A DNA stretch of 64,000 nucleotides, from IMG/VR virus record IMGVR_UViG_3300032327_000348, positions 1 through 64,000 of that record. One strand, written 5' to 3'. Positions 49,465 to 58,500 of this stretch are shown piece after piece. A program made the translations under genes and the position numbers. How positions within the stretch are numbered: the first letter of the stretch is position 1; each line of letters begins with the position of its first letter. Origin of the DNA: a virus (lineage: Duplodnaviria > Caudoviricetes). The notes beneath the pieces are model-generated. The model did not search any database. It was not told where the DNA came from and saw only the letters and a list, made by a program, of their open reading frames with translations.

Positions 49465-50126
49465 TAGACAATAACTTTTGCTCTTGTTTTTCTTGCTTTA
49501 GTTGGTTTTGTTTCAATAGCAGGTTCAGGTATCACCGATGGATCGAGACTTTTAGCCTCATCCATCAAGCGTTGTGCTTCTGCTAGTAAACCTTTTGCTT
49601 CACGTTCCATTTTCTGTGCTTGTTCTAAACGTTGTGATGCTAGTGCCGCATCACCTAACAAGTCACCTGTTGGTGTTACTGGGTTCTGATTGCCGCGCAT
49701 ACGACGGACAACATCAGCCGGATCTTGTAATCCGCGACTGTTATCTAGTTCTTGCAAACGCTTGACTGCACTTTCACCTTGTTGCATTTCATCTAGAATT
49801 GTATTCAATTCATCTAAACGAATAGTTTGATTTGGTGAAGGTGTCATCAAAATTTGAGTTGTTTGAACTTTTTTTAGTTGGCCCTCAGCGTGTAACACTT
49901 GTAAAATGATTCTACCGTCTTTGGTATGAGTACGATTTAATGCATCTGCTAAATGCTCGCTGTTTTGACCAATATCACTTTCAATACATTTGATTAGTGG
50001 GTCATGTATGTGTTGGTTAAGAAGTTCTGTATAAGTAACCAAACACATATGTGGCTCTCCCGGTACTTCTCGGAATACGACTGCAACCTTACGATCACCC
50101 TGTTTCCCTACATGTCGTGTAAACAT
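49464..50126 (-). CDS. Conserved hypothetical protein
   Basis: RBS AGGAG; coiled-coil C-terminus. Confidence 0.6.
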   Translation of the reverse strand: MFTRHVGKQGDRKVAVVFREVPGEPHMCLVTYTELLNQHIHDPLIKCIESDIGQNSEHLADALNRTHTKDGRIILQVLHAEGQLKKVQTTQILMTPSPNQTIRLDELNTILDEMQQGESAVKRLQELDNSRGLQDPADVVRRMRGNQNPVTPTGDLLGDAALASQRLEQAQKMEREAKGLLAEAQRLMDEAKSLDPSVIPEPAIETKPTKARKTRAKVIV

Positions 50127-50252
50127 ATTAATCTCCTATCGTATATGTTAAAGATATTTAACTGATGTCAGTCAATCAAATATTTTTATTTGACTGTATA
50201 AGGTTCGTACAGGGAGAATTTAGTGTTTTTTGGGCATTTACATTTTAGTAAA

Positions 50253-50501
50253 TTATGACCATTTTAATTCAAAAAGCATGGCTTCTTTGGGATCTTCAAA
50301 ACTAATAGTTCCCATTGACCCATTGGTGATTAATAAAAAATCATATGCTTCTATAATAGAAAATCTACCACGTAATTTATTCAATACCCATTGTTTTGAT
50401 TCTTCTGTTAAAGGCGTAGTAGATGTGACAAAATGAACCGGAGGATAGTCTAATTGTCGTTCGGCAAACCATACTATGGGATCAACTTTATATTCTATCA
50501 T
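50253..50501 (-). CDS. Small protein, C-terminal FxLKW family
   Basis: Ends FEDPKEAMLFELKWS. Confidence 0.6.
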   Translation of the reverse strand: MIEYKVDPIVWFAERQLDYPPVHFVTSTTPLTEESKQWVLNKLRGRFSIIEAYDFLLITNGSMGTISFEDPKEAMLFELKWS

Positions 50502-50908
50502 TTAGTCAACATGTCTAACATTTTATATTTTTCATATGCATCCACTACTGCCAAATTTGTATTTTGATTAGTGGGCACAACTTGCATCCACAATCCATCT
50601 AATCTTGCAGGATGACGATACGAATAGTCAGTATCTGCATATACTCTGGGTTGGTGAATTTTTCCACTATGCCACAATCTTTCAGCAAGTTTAACTACTT
50701 CTTCTAAAGGATAACTATCCAATTCATATTGTTCAGGATCACGAGAATGGGGATTGCCCTGAGCATGGTACGCCTCTACCACTTTAATATAATCTTCAAA
50801 GGTAGGACAATTTGTTCGTGTTACAATGAACATAACATTATCTTCGGACACTTCGTCTGTCATAAGGCTACGTAAACAACCACCAAGGCTTGTACCAATA
50901 TACATCAT
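50498..50908 (-). CDS. Hypothetical protein
   Basis: IGTSLGGCL...GKIHQPR. Confidence 0.6.
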   Translation of the reverse strand: MMYIGTSLGGCLRSLMTDEVSEDNVMFIVTRTNCPTFEDYIKVVEAYHAQGNPHSRDPEQYELDSYPLEEVVKLAERLWHSGKIHQPRVYADTDYSYRHPARLDGLWMQVVPTNQNTNLAVVDAYEKYKMLDMLTK

Positions 50909-51279
50909 ACAATCATCTTTCTATCTTGCTTAACGTAGTCACTATAGACTTTTTTACCATTAGTTCTAATCCATTCAACAACGGGTTGAGGATTATCATT
51001 GAATGCTTCTTTTAGTTCATTATAATCCATTGTACTATTGAATTCATAAATTTCATAGGCACGTTGACTGTTGAATTTTGCACGAAGGATCAACTGTTGT
51101 AATGGAATTGCAGGAGGATTATCTGGAAGTTTTTCTTCTTTAAGAATAGCAACAACTTTTAATTTGTCCCATTCATTATACCTGTTCATATACAAGTCAA
51201 CATCATACAAACACTCAAGTCCGTTGCAATCCCACATTGCTAGATAGTGTTTAGTTTTTTTCTTTCTTGACGAGGGCAT
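50905..51279 (-). CDS. Hypothetical protein
   Basis: WDCNGLE...LRAKFNSQR.YEIY. Confidence 0.6.
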   Translation of the reverse strand: MPSSRKKKTKHYLAMWDCNGLECLYDVDLYMNRYNEWDKLKVVAILKEEKLPDNPPAIPLQQLILRAKFNSQRAYEIYEFNSTMDYNELKEAFNDNPQPVVEWIRTNGKKVYSDYVKQDRKMIV

Positions 51280-51493
51280 ATATTATCTCTGCTTTGTTAA
51301 TAGCGTCTGCTAATGAAGGTTCTGTTTCTGCTAGTTTAAGAATTTCTTTCCACTCATACCACTTAGTGATATAATGTTTGCCTGGATCTTCTTTGACCAT
51401 GGATCTATCAGACGATCCACTCTTTCGTGAGTAGACCGTCTTGCCTCCATCTGAACTTTCGTAAATGATTATTTCCTCACTTGATTTAATCAT
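51251..51493 (-). CDS. Hypothetical protein
   Basis: IYESSDGGKTVYSR. Confidence 0.6.
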   Translation of the reverse strand: MIKSSEEIIIYESSDGGKTVYSRKSGSSDRSMVKEDPGKHYITKWYEWKEILKLAETEPSLADAINKAEIIYALVKKEKN

Positions 51494-51608
51494 TGTTATT
51501 ACTCAACGCCTCTAGTGCTGTTGCAAGTAATTTAATAAAAACACCCAACACTATACCCAGTACTACTACAATGAAACCATATCCCAAAATATTAAGTACT
51601 AGATCCAT
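51486..51608 (-). CDS. 40-aa single-pass membrane protein
   Basis: MDLVLNILGYGFIVVVLGIVLGVFIKLLATALEALSNNND fills the gap exactly; not in ORF track. Confidence 0.55.
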   Translation of the reverse strand: MDLVLNILGYGFIVVVLGIVLGVFIKLLATALEALSNNND

Positions 51609-51610
51609 GA

Positions 51611-52888
51611 TTACTTACCATCATACAGTGCATATGTACCAAATGGGGGATTTGGATTAGGGTCACCATGAATGATCCAAGTTGTATCGCAGTAATCTGG
51701 ATCACCCCAACTACCACAAGGGTAACCATCAGTGAACACAATCAAACGATTAGGCACATTGCCAACTTTTTTCAAGTAATCAAAGATAGCATCAAAATCT
51801 GTGCCACCACCGCCAACTGGCTCATATGTGTCAATTGAATCAAGATTTTCACTTGTAAAGTCTTGAGGGTTATATGTATCGGTATCAAAACAGAATACAT
51901 GAACCTTGTAACCATCGAATGAGTCCATCATGCCACCGATCTCGCCCAAGAATGCTTGTGCTTGACTGTTACTGATAGAACCTGACATATCGATAGCAAC
52001 GACCACATCAATTTCTTCGCCGGGAGTCATACCAGGCATGATAGCATCCATATGCCAGCCCCTGCGTGAAGGACGCATCCAAGAATAGTCTGTGCGAATA
52101 GCACTTGTCAAATTTGTTTGAATCAGTTCACGCCAGGGCATGATTGGATCAGTAGCCTGCTTAATCAATCGTTCTACACCTAGGGGCAATTGACCTGCTT
52201 CTGCACTTTGTGCGGCGTTGATAATAGCCTGCTTGACTTCCTGACGCATACGTTCACGTTCCTCAGGAGACATTTTAGGGCGCCTGCCTTTGCCTTCTTG
52301 ATCTCCGTCGCCGTCACCTTCACCGTCTTCACCATCCATGTGATCATCAATCATTTGGTCGAGTAGACTGTTGATGTCAATTTTTTGAACATTCTTCATC
52401 AAGTCATCATATACTTCCTCAGCCGCTTTGCCATCATACTTTTGTTCATATAAGCAAGGCACAGTGGTAATGAATTGACCAATCTTATGACGTTTCAAGT
52501 CAGCATTAACGCAATAGTCATCGGCAATGTTCCAGATTTGAGGGTCACGGTCACCTCTGCGACCCATGTGATCGTAAACCACATGTAATACCTCGTGTCC
52601 CACAAGAAACTCAACCTCTTTAGGCTTGAGCATCATAATGAAGCGGCTGTTGTAATAGAATTTCAGACCGTCAGTTGCCGCAGTACTGCACCATTCATCA
52701 GCATTAACCAGTTGCAATCGTGTTGCAAGATTACCAAAAAATGATTGTCGCAACAACAAACCAATACGTGCTGTTACCAATCGTTCACGTGCTAGTGCAT
52801 CAATCTTGGGATCTATAGGTCCTACAAGATTTTCAAATTTAGTACTATGCTTTTTCTTGGCTTTTGATTTTGTGATTACTTCACTCAT
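51611..52888 (-). CDS. Metallopeptidase-like (HExxH) plus vWA domain protein
   Basis: TAATDG, HEVLH, MIDAS DMSGS, GGGGTDF, FTDG. Confidence 0.85.
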   Translation of the reverse strand: MSEVITKSKAKKKHSTKFENLVGPIDPKIDALARERLVTARIGLLLRQSFFGNLATRLQLVNADEWCSTAATDGLKFYYNSRFIMMLKPKEVEFLVGHEVLHVVYDHMGRRGDRDPQIWNIADDYCVNADLKRHKIGQFITTVPCLYEQKYDGKAAEEVYDDLMKNVQKIDINSLLDQMIDDHMDGEDGEGDGDGDQEGKGRRPKMSPEERERMRQEVKQAIINAAQSAEAGQLPLGVERLIKQATDPIMPWRELIQTNLTSAIRTDYSWMRPSRRGWHMDAIMPGMTPGEEIDVVVAIDMSGSISNSQAQAFLGEIGGMMDSFDGYKVHVFCFDTDTYNPQDFTSENLDSIDTYEPVGGGGTDFDAIFDYLKKVGNVPNRLIVFTDGYPCGSWGDPDYCDTTWIIHGDPNPNPPFGTYALYDGK

Positions 52889-52913
52889 AACAAGTCCTTT
52901 CTGAATATGTTAT

Positions 52914-52942
52914 ATTATAACATATTACTAATTTATTGTCAA
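52914..52942 (-). promoter_or_regulatory. Early promoter
   Basis: TTGACAATAAAT...TATAAT. Confidence 0.85.
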
Positions 52943-52943
52943 A

Positions 52944-53189
52944 TTAATGCAGATTACGAGGTGTAAACATTTCGTTTACAATTTTTTCAATCTCTAGCGG
53001 GTCAGTGTCATCAATAAGGTCACCGATATTTTCATAAAGAGGAGGCAAGGATTGATTAAAAATTTCGCCGGCATCTACCATTTCTTTAATCTGTTGAATC
53101 AATTCATCAAGTTCTTCTTGTGTACCCTCAAAGTTATCAAAGCACCCGGGAGTAAACAAAATTTCAATTTTCTTTTTATCTTCACTCAT
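52944..53189 (-). CDS. Small acidic protein
   Basis: PGCFDNFEGTQEELD. Confidence 0.6.
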   Translation of the reverse strand: MSEDKKKIEILFTPGCFDNFEGTQEELDELIQQIKEMVDAGEIFNQSLPPLYENIGDLIDDTDPLEIEKIVNEMFTPRNLH

Positions 53190-53338
53190 AGTGAAAGTCC
53201 TCGATAACCTGCATCAAATGCAATACGTGCATAATTCTGTGCTGAATTAATGACATACAATACCAGGCCCTGGTCCTTTGTTAAACCTTTTGCTCGGGCA
53301 CGTTGTCCCAATGCATAGAAATACTTTTTACCACTCAT
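53186..53338 (-). CDS. Small hypothetical protein
   Basis: MSGKKYFY.. with AAGGA RBS. Confidence 0.55.
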   Translation of the reverse strand: MSGKKYFYALGQRARAKGLTKDQGLVLYVINSAQNYARIAFDAGYRGLSL

Positions 53339-53348
53339 AATAATCCTT

Positions 53349-53383
53349 AAAAAAAAGGGTGAGCATATTGCTACACTCACCCT
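53349..53383 (-). terminator. Probable terminator
   Basis: AGGGTGAG/CTCACCCT stem plus U-tract. Confidence 0.6.
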
Positions 53384-53398
53384 AAAGGCTAGTAACTA

Positions 53399-54502
53399 TC
53401 AGTTACCAGCTTCCACAATGTACTTGCCGTACTTTTTGTGAAATTCATCAAAATTCTTCAATTGACTTGGTTCAATTGGAAGCTTGTATGTCTTCAATGC
53501 AATCTTTGCACCCATTACAACCAATTCAGTTTCAAAGTTAGCCATAATGTAGTTGAAGAAATTGTCAGCCATTTCATGGAACTTTTTACTATCCACTTTT
53601 TTGTTTTCAAGTACATCACGCAATTCATAGCACATTGAAATGGTCAATGAATACATTGCCGAAATTTCTTTAACTGCAAGGTCCTTAACTTTGCCTGACA
53701 AAATGTCTGCAGGCTCGGGCATCTTACCTGCAATCTTACGGTGTGCCGCAAACTTAACAGCAAGACCTTCACCAACTGAACCTGCAACCAAGTTGAACAA
53801 GGTATCAGTATCGATATTTTCTTCGTCTTGCAACAGATCGGAAACGAAACACCATGAGCGAGGTGTAGCAAACGCACGTGATGCAGACTTACTATCAAAG
53901 TCGTACAAGTCTTGTTTTGCAAAACTCAAATAACCAACAACGTCTTTATGAATGCCTTTGTTCACAGCCCAGTTCTGCCATGATGTAAAGTCAGGGCGCA
54001 TTTCCAAGTGCAAGAAACGATTAGCAAGGGGCATCGGCATACGATATGTAACACCTTTGTCACTGTCACGATTACCTGCCGCAACAATCACGACATTATC
54101 AGGCAGTACATACTTACCGATACGACGGTTCAGAATAAGTTGATAACCGGCGGCTTGTACTGCTGGGGGCGCACTGTTCATTTCATCAAGGAACAGCACA
54201 ACGATAGGGTATTGTGCCGCAAGTTCCTCGCTAGGCAAATCGATAGGGGGCGCAAACTCCATAACGTTTTTGTCTTTATTATAGAAAGGAATACCACGAA
54301 TGTCAGTGGGTTCCATTTGTGCCATACGCAAGTCAATCATATGACCTTTAAGTTCCTGGGCCACCTCTGCAACAACATCAGACTTGCCGATACCGGGAGG
54401 ACCCCAGATAAAGAGTGGTCGTTTTGCTTTGAATGCTTGAAGCATTGCTTTACGTGCTTGAACAGAGGTGATTGTCAGATTGTCAGAGATTTGCGATGCC
54501 AT
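53399..54502 (-). CDS. MoxR-type AAA+ ATPase
   Basis: WGPPGIGKS, FLDEMN, AAGNR, LANRF, TPRSW. Confidence 0.88.
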   Translation of the reverse strand: MASQISDNLTITSVQARKAMLQAFKAKRPLFIWGPPGIGKSDVVAEVAQELKGHMIDLRMAQMEPTDIRGIPFYNKDKNVMEFAPPIDLPSEELAAQYPIVVLFLDEMNSAPPAVQAAGYQLILNRRIGKYVLPDNVVIVAAGNRDSDKGVTYRMPMPLANRFLHLEMRPDFTSWQNWAVNKGIHKDVVGYLSFAKQDLYDFDSKSASRAFATPRSWCFVSDLLQDEENIDTDTLFNLVAGSVGEGLAVKFAAHRKIAGKMPEPADILSGKVKDLAVKEISAMYSLTISMCYELRDVLENKKVDSKKFHEMADNFFNYIMANFETELVVMGAKIALKTYKLPIEPSQLKNFDEFHKKYGKYIVEAGN

Positions 54503-54543
54503 TTGATGCTCCTAAAAGATAGAGTTAAATTGAAAGAAATTGT

Positions 54544-54572
54544 AGTGTAACAGAGATTTGATTTATCGTCAA
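54544..54572 (-). promoter_or_regulatory. Early promoter
   Basis: TTGACGATAAAT...TACACT. Confidence 0.75.
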
Positions 54573-54579
54573 ATTATTT

Positions 54580-54879
54580 TTAAATGATTTGGGCAAGAAT
54601 GCGATTGTACACATCAGCCTTGCTCATGTAATAGTCGTAGTCACGTTCGCCGGGACGAAAGTTTTTCCACTGATTCTGACCTGCGTAGGACAGAATGTCA
54701 CGTTTCAATGTTTCGCCGGTATAACTAGCAATGAAGCCATAAAGGTTGTAGTGAGCAATGAAGCCAGAGCACAAATACAAATACTTGTAACCAGTATTAT
54801 TCAGGTTATCAATGTTCTTACATGCTTTCACAACGTTGGAAACAATCAATGTTTTTTGGCGTTCTGTCAGTGGAGTCAT
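54580..54879 (-). CDS. Early hypothetical protein
   Basis: CSGFIAHYNLYGF; own promoter. Confidence 0.65.
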   Translation of the reverse strand: MTPLTERQKTLIVSNVVKACKNIDNLNNTGYKYLYLCSGFIAHYNLYGFIASYTGETLKRDILSYAGQNQWKNFRPGERDYDYYMSKADVYNRILAQII

Positions 54880-54911
54880 TTGAGTTCCTATGTTTCAGTG
54901 TCAATACAAGT

Positions 54912-54940
54912 ATTGTATCACAGAGTCCATTTATTGTCAA
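54912..54940 (-). promoter_or_regulatory. Early promoter
   Basis: TTGACAATAAAT...TACAAT-ACTTGTATTGA. Confidence 0.85.
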
Positions 54941-54941
54941 A

Positions 54942-55196
54942 TTATTTCATCAATTGTGCCATAAGAATGAGTTTTTCTAGATGGTCAATAGCGTTGTTAA
55001 TTTGCAACACTCTTTCATCTAAAACTGAATACTTTTGTGTGCGCCTCAAAGTTACTTCTAACTTACTAAGTTCTGTTACCATTTTTTCAATATTTTGGTA
55101 CATTTTTTGAAGATCGGGATTGTAACCAATCGCCCCCAATCGTGTTCGTAAGTCAATACTAACTTTATTCCAATCTAATGCACGATGTATTTTCAT
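54942..55196 (-). CDS. Early helical hypothetical protein
   Basis: ATG close behind TTGACA-17-TATACT (55203-55231), near-leaderless. Confidence 0.6.
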   Translation of the reverse strand: MKIHRALDWNKVSIDLRTRLGAIGYNPDLQKMYQNIEKMVTELSKLEVTLRRTQKYSVLDERVLQINNAIDHLEKLILMAQLMK

Positions 55197-55234
55197 TTGT
55201 TCAGTATAACACACATCGTGTATTTTGTCAAATT

Positions 55235-55261
55235 AAAAAAATAAGGACCGAAGTCCTTATT
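55235..55261 (-). terminator. Intrinsic terminator of tmRNA
   Basis: AATAAGGAC-TTCG-GTCCTTATT plus U-tract. Confidence 0.88.
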
Positions 55262-55583
55262 GCTATTTTTGGTTACAAGGTATAACTACCTCGCTATTAG
55301 GCGTTTGCTGCCAATAGGAATTGTGAATCGTTTGCGATTACTTTGTTGTGCTTCTGCGACCGGGTCACCCCAATCCTAACGGCTTCTACATTGCCGGACT
55401 GTCCATTTCCGTACTCTTGACCCAATCGATCCTGTGTCAGGCCCATTAGAAAGTACACTAGCACCAGCAACCGGATCAGTGGCGGGGAATCGAACCCACG
55501 TTGATAGTGTACTTACTGGTGGACCCGGCGGGCACTGCCCCCGCGTCTTGAATCCTTTTCTATCTACTTCATACAGTCTTAAC
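55262..55583 (-). ncRNA. ssrA: Circularly permuted (two-piece) tmRNA
   Basis: Acceptor piece ends GCGGG-GGCAGTG-CCCGC-CGGGTCCACCA (55517); coding piece starts GGGCCTGACACAGGATCGA (55444); G3.U70 pair; tag ANDSQFLLAANA* at 55335-55297. Confidence 0.9.
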
Positions 55584-58500
55584 TCAATTGTATTTATTAC
55601 TAAAATACTCTTTTAGCCAAGGCCAATCATAACTTAGTCGTAGTTTGTCTAAATCACCATTGAATGATTCATAGTATTCTACAGCATCTGTGGCACCATC
55701 GATACTATATTGGGCAAAGTCACCTATACCTACAGTTGACCATGTTTTCAATCTGTCTCTACTTACCGGGCTATCATCTAACTTTAGCTTAATTGCTTCA
55801 CGGAAGCTAGTACGCCACGTACTAAATTCGTCAGTGTTGTATCTTGCAACACCGCTATTCAATTCAACAACTTCGTGTTCATTGTCCAACGTAAAGTCAA
55901 GACCTTTACCTATGTTACCCAATGTAATCTGTTTATTGTATGCAATCATAGCTTGGTGACCATACACTAATCCATTGACAGGGTTACTTGCATAAAAAAT
56001 ATAATGCTTTGGTACTTGTAATCTATCTGGTTGCCAACTGAAATCAAACCTACTGTTGACTCGTAACTTAGCAAATACAGTAAACATCCAAGGTGTGTTA
56101 CTTGCTTCTGCAGCCGCGTGATAGGCTTGTACACGACCATTTACACCATCAACTCTAACAACTCTATTAGATAACCCCTTAGTCACGCTCAGTAAGTGTT
56201 CATAGTTCTCGTCAGCGCCGGTTTCACCGTTGCTTAGGAAGACTATATCCAGTGGCCGGGATGTTGCTAGTTTGTTAGATTTAGCAATGTATGGGTAATC
56301 ATACAATTCATTGTTGACATATTCTTTGGCTTCTTTAGGTACAACAATACATGTTCCACCCGTACTAGTAATTAGTATGTTCTTAGATTCTTTTGACCAT
56401 AAACTAATTGGTTCATTGTCAACAACTTTTATTTCTTTGTTGTCTGATGTAATGAATGTAGCATAAGGCCAATCAAAATCAGTATTAGTAACAGAGACAT
56501 GTGTATCACTTTCAGTTATAAAGCTAGGAGCAGGTAAACGTTTTACTTGTTGATGTTGATTGAAGTTAATCTTATCGATATTTTCTAATGTATCTAAATC
56601 TTCAACCAATGTACGCAAACGGTTTACATTGATAAAGAATGTATCGCCGTATTTTTGTTTATCACTAGGGAATACATGCAGTTGTTCCAATGAGAACGGG
56701 TCACATATATAAGTGAAGTCAAAGTTAGTGTAGTCGCAGATAGAACTACACACCCAGATATAGTGATCTTTTTTAATACCCAACTCATACAGCATGTTCT
56801 TCAACGTAGACAAATAATCACCGTCATATTCAATGGTGTAAACATTCTTCTTTGTTTTGTTTTCAAGCAATGATATGATATTATCTATGTTATCATTGCC
56901 ATAGTCAATCAAGTACACATCATATATACAATTGCTTGCGAGTGCTCGTTTTGTTTTAACAAAATTGAGATTATTCAAATGTTCTATGATTTTTACATAC
57001 TTTGTGTCTTCGGGGAACGATTCTTTATTAACTAAGAAAGTTGTACCCCAATGACTCCATTGAGTACCAAACACATGTACCATTTTTTGTTGCCATGGAC
57101 TAGGGTAATAATCAAATGTAAAATCAGTATAATCTAGTTCACTGTTCAATATCCAACACAATTCTGTTTCAGATTTATTGATACAACGATTAATAGTATC
57201 AACCCAACTGTTTAAATACCTTGTCTTTTGAATCTTGGGATAACGTTTTTGTAATTCTTCAAAACGATATTTGCTTTCTATGTTGCTCTTATCAACAAAG
57301 AACATACTCAAGTTACTATCAACTTCAACTTTCTGATCCTCAACATAGTTAAACTCTCTATGACCCATCATGTATAGTGGTGCGTTAACATAGTAAGTTT
57401 GTGTGTTCTTACTATAGTCGTTGCCGAATACGTTAATGTGTCTAAAGTTTTCTTCGTTTGGTTTCCAATTAAAATCAAATTTATCATAATTCAAGTCAGG
57501 GTTGATAGCCCAGAATACTTCATCTTGATGTTGTAATATCAAATCTTCAAGTGTCGTTTTAATCTTGTAACGATTAACTACTGCCTTGCGGGTTTCTTCT
57601 GTTCGTTCCATGAACACAACTTCTGTTGCTCCGGGCACTGTGTATCTAGGACCGTTGTCAGCCCATTGATATATCTGAGGTGGACTGTGTGGGTTAGGTC
57701 TCCAACTAAAGTCAAATGTTTTTAAATCATCGTTGTTGTTTACTGTCCACAATGACATATCAATCTTAGGTATAGCAAGAGGATAGTCCATGTATTTTTT
57801 AATAGTGGCTCCGGGTACAATGTACTCTACTGTTGGTTCAGTCGCACTATCATTCCATTTGTTACCAAAGACATATATCATAGGTGGTTCATATAGATTA
57901 GGGTCAGGCCTCCATCTAAAATCAAAACTATTCATATCAATAGGAATAACTATATTCCATCTGTCCCATTCAGGTGCCAAGTCAACAATATCCATATACT
58001 TGTACTCAGTTGCACCCGGTACATGATATTCAATAGTGGGTTTTTGTTCTGCTGGATAAAATTTGTTACCCCATACATATATGTAGGGTGGACTTGTTGG
58101 GTCGGGTCTCCATGTAAAATCAAACTTAGTTCTATCCACTGGTTGAATTTCTCGCCATCTATCTAATTCAGGTAATACTTCAACCAATTCACTCATATAC
58201 TTGTACTCAGTTGCACCCGGTACATGATATTCAATTGTAGATTGTAATTCTCCGGCAACATGTTTGTTACCCCATACATATATGTAGGGTGGCTCGTGTA
58301 AGTTAGGATCCGGTCTCCATGTAAAATCAAACTTATTTCTATCCACTGGTTGAATCTCTTGCCATCTATCCCATTCTGGTTCTAAATCAACAATACCCAT
58401 GTATTTTTTATCAGTGGCGCCCGGTACTGTATATTCTAATGTAGGTTTAACTTCAGCAGGGTCATATTTGTTACCCCATACATATATGTAGGGTGGACTT

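Noticed and set aside
55461-55504. Stand-alone tRNA gene
   Set aside because: Only a T-arm is present; no D-arm, anticodon arm or CCA
55434-55616. 60-aa plus-strand ORF
   Set aside because: Antisense to the tmRNA; no RBS
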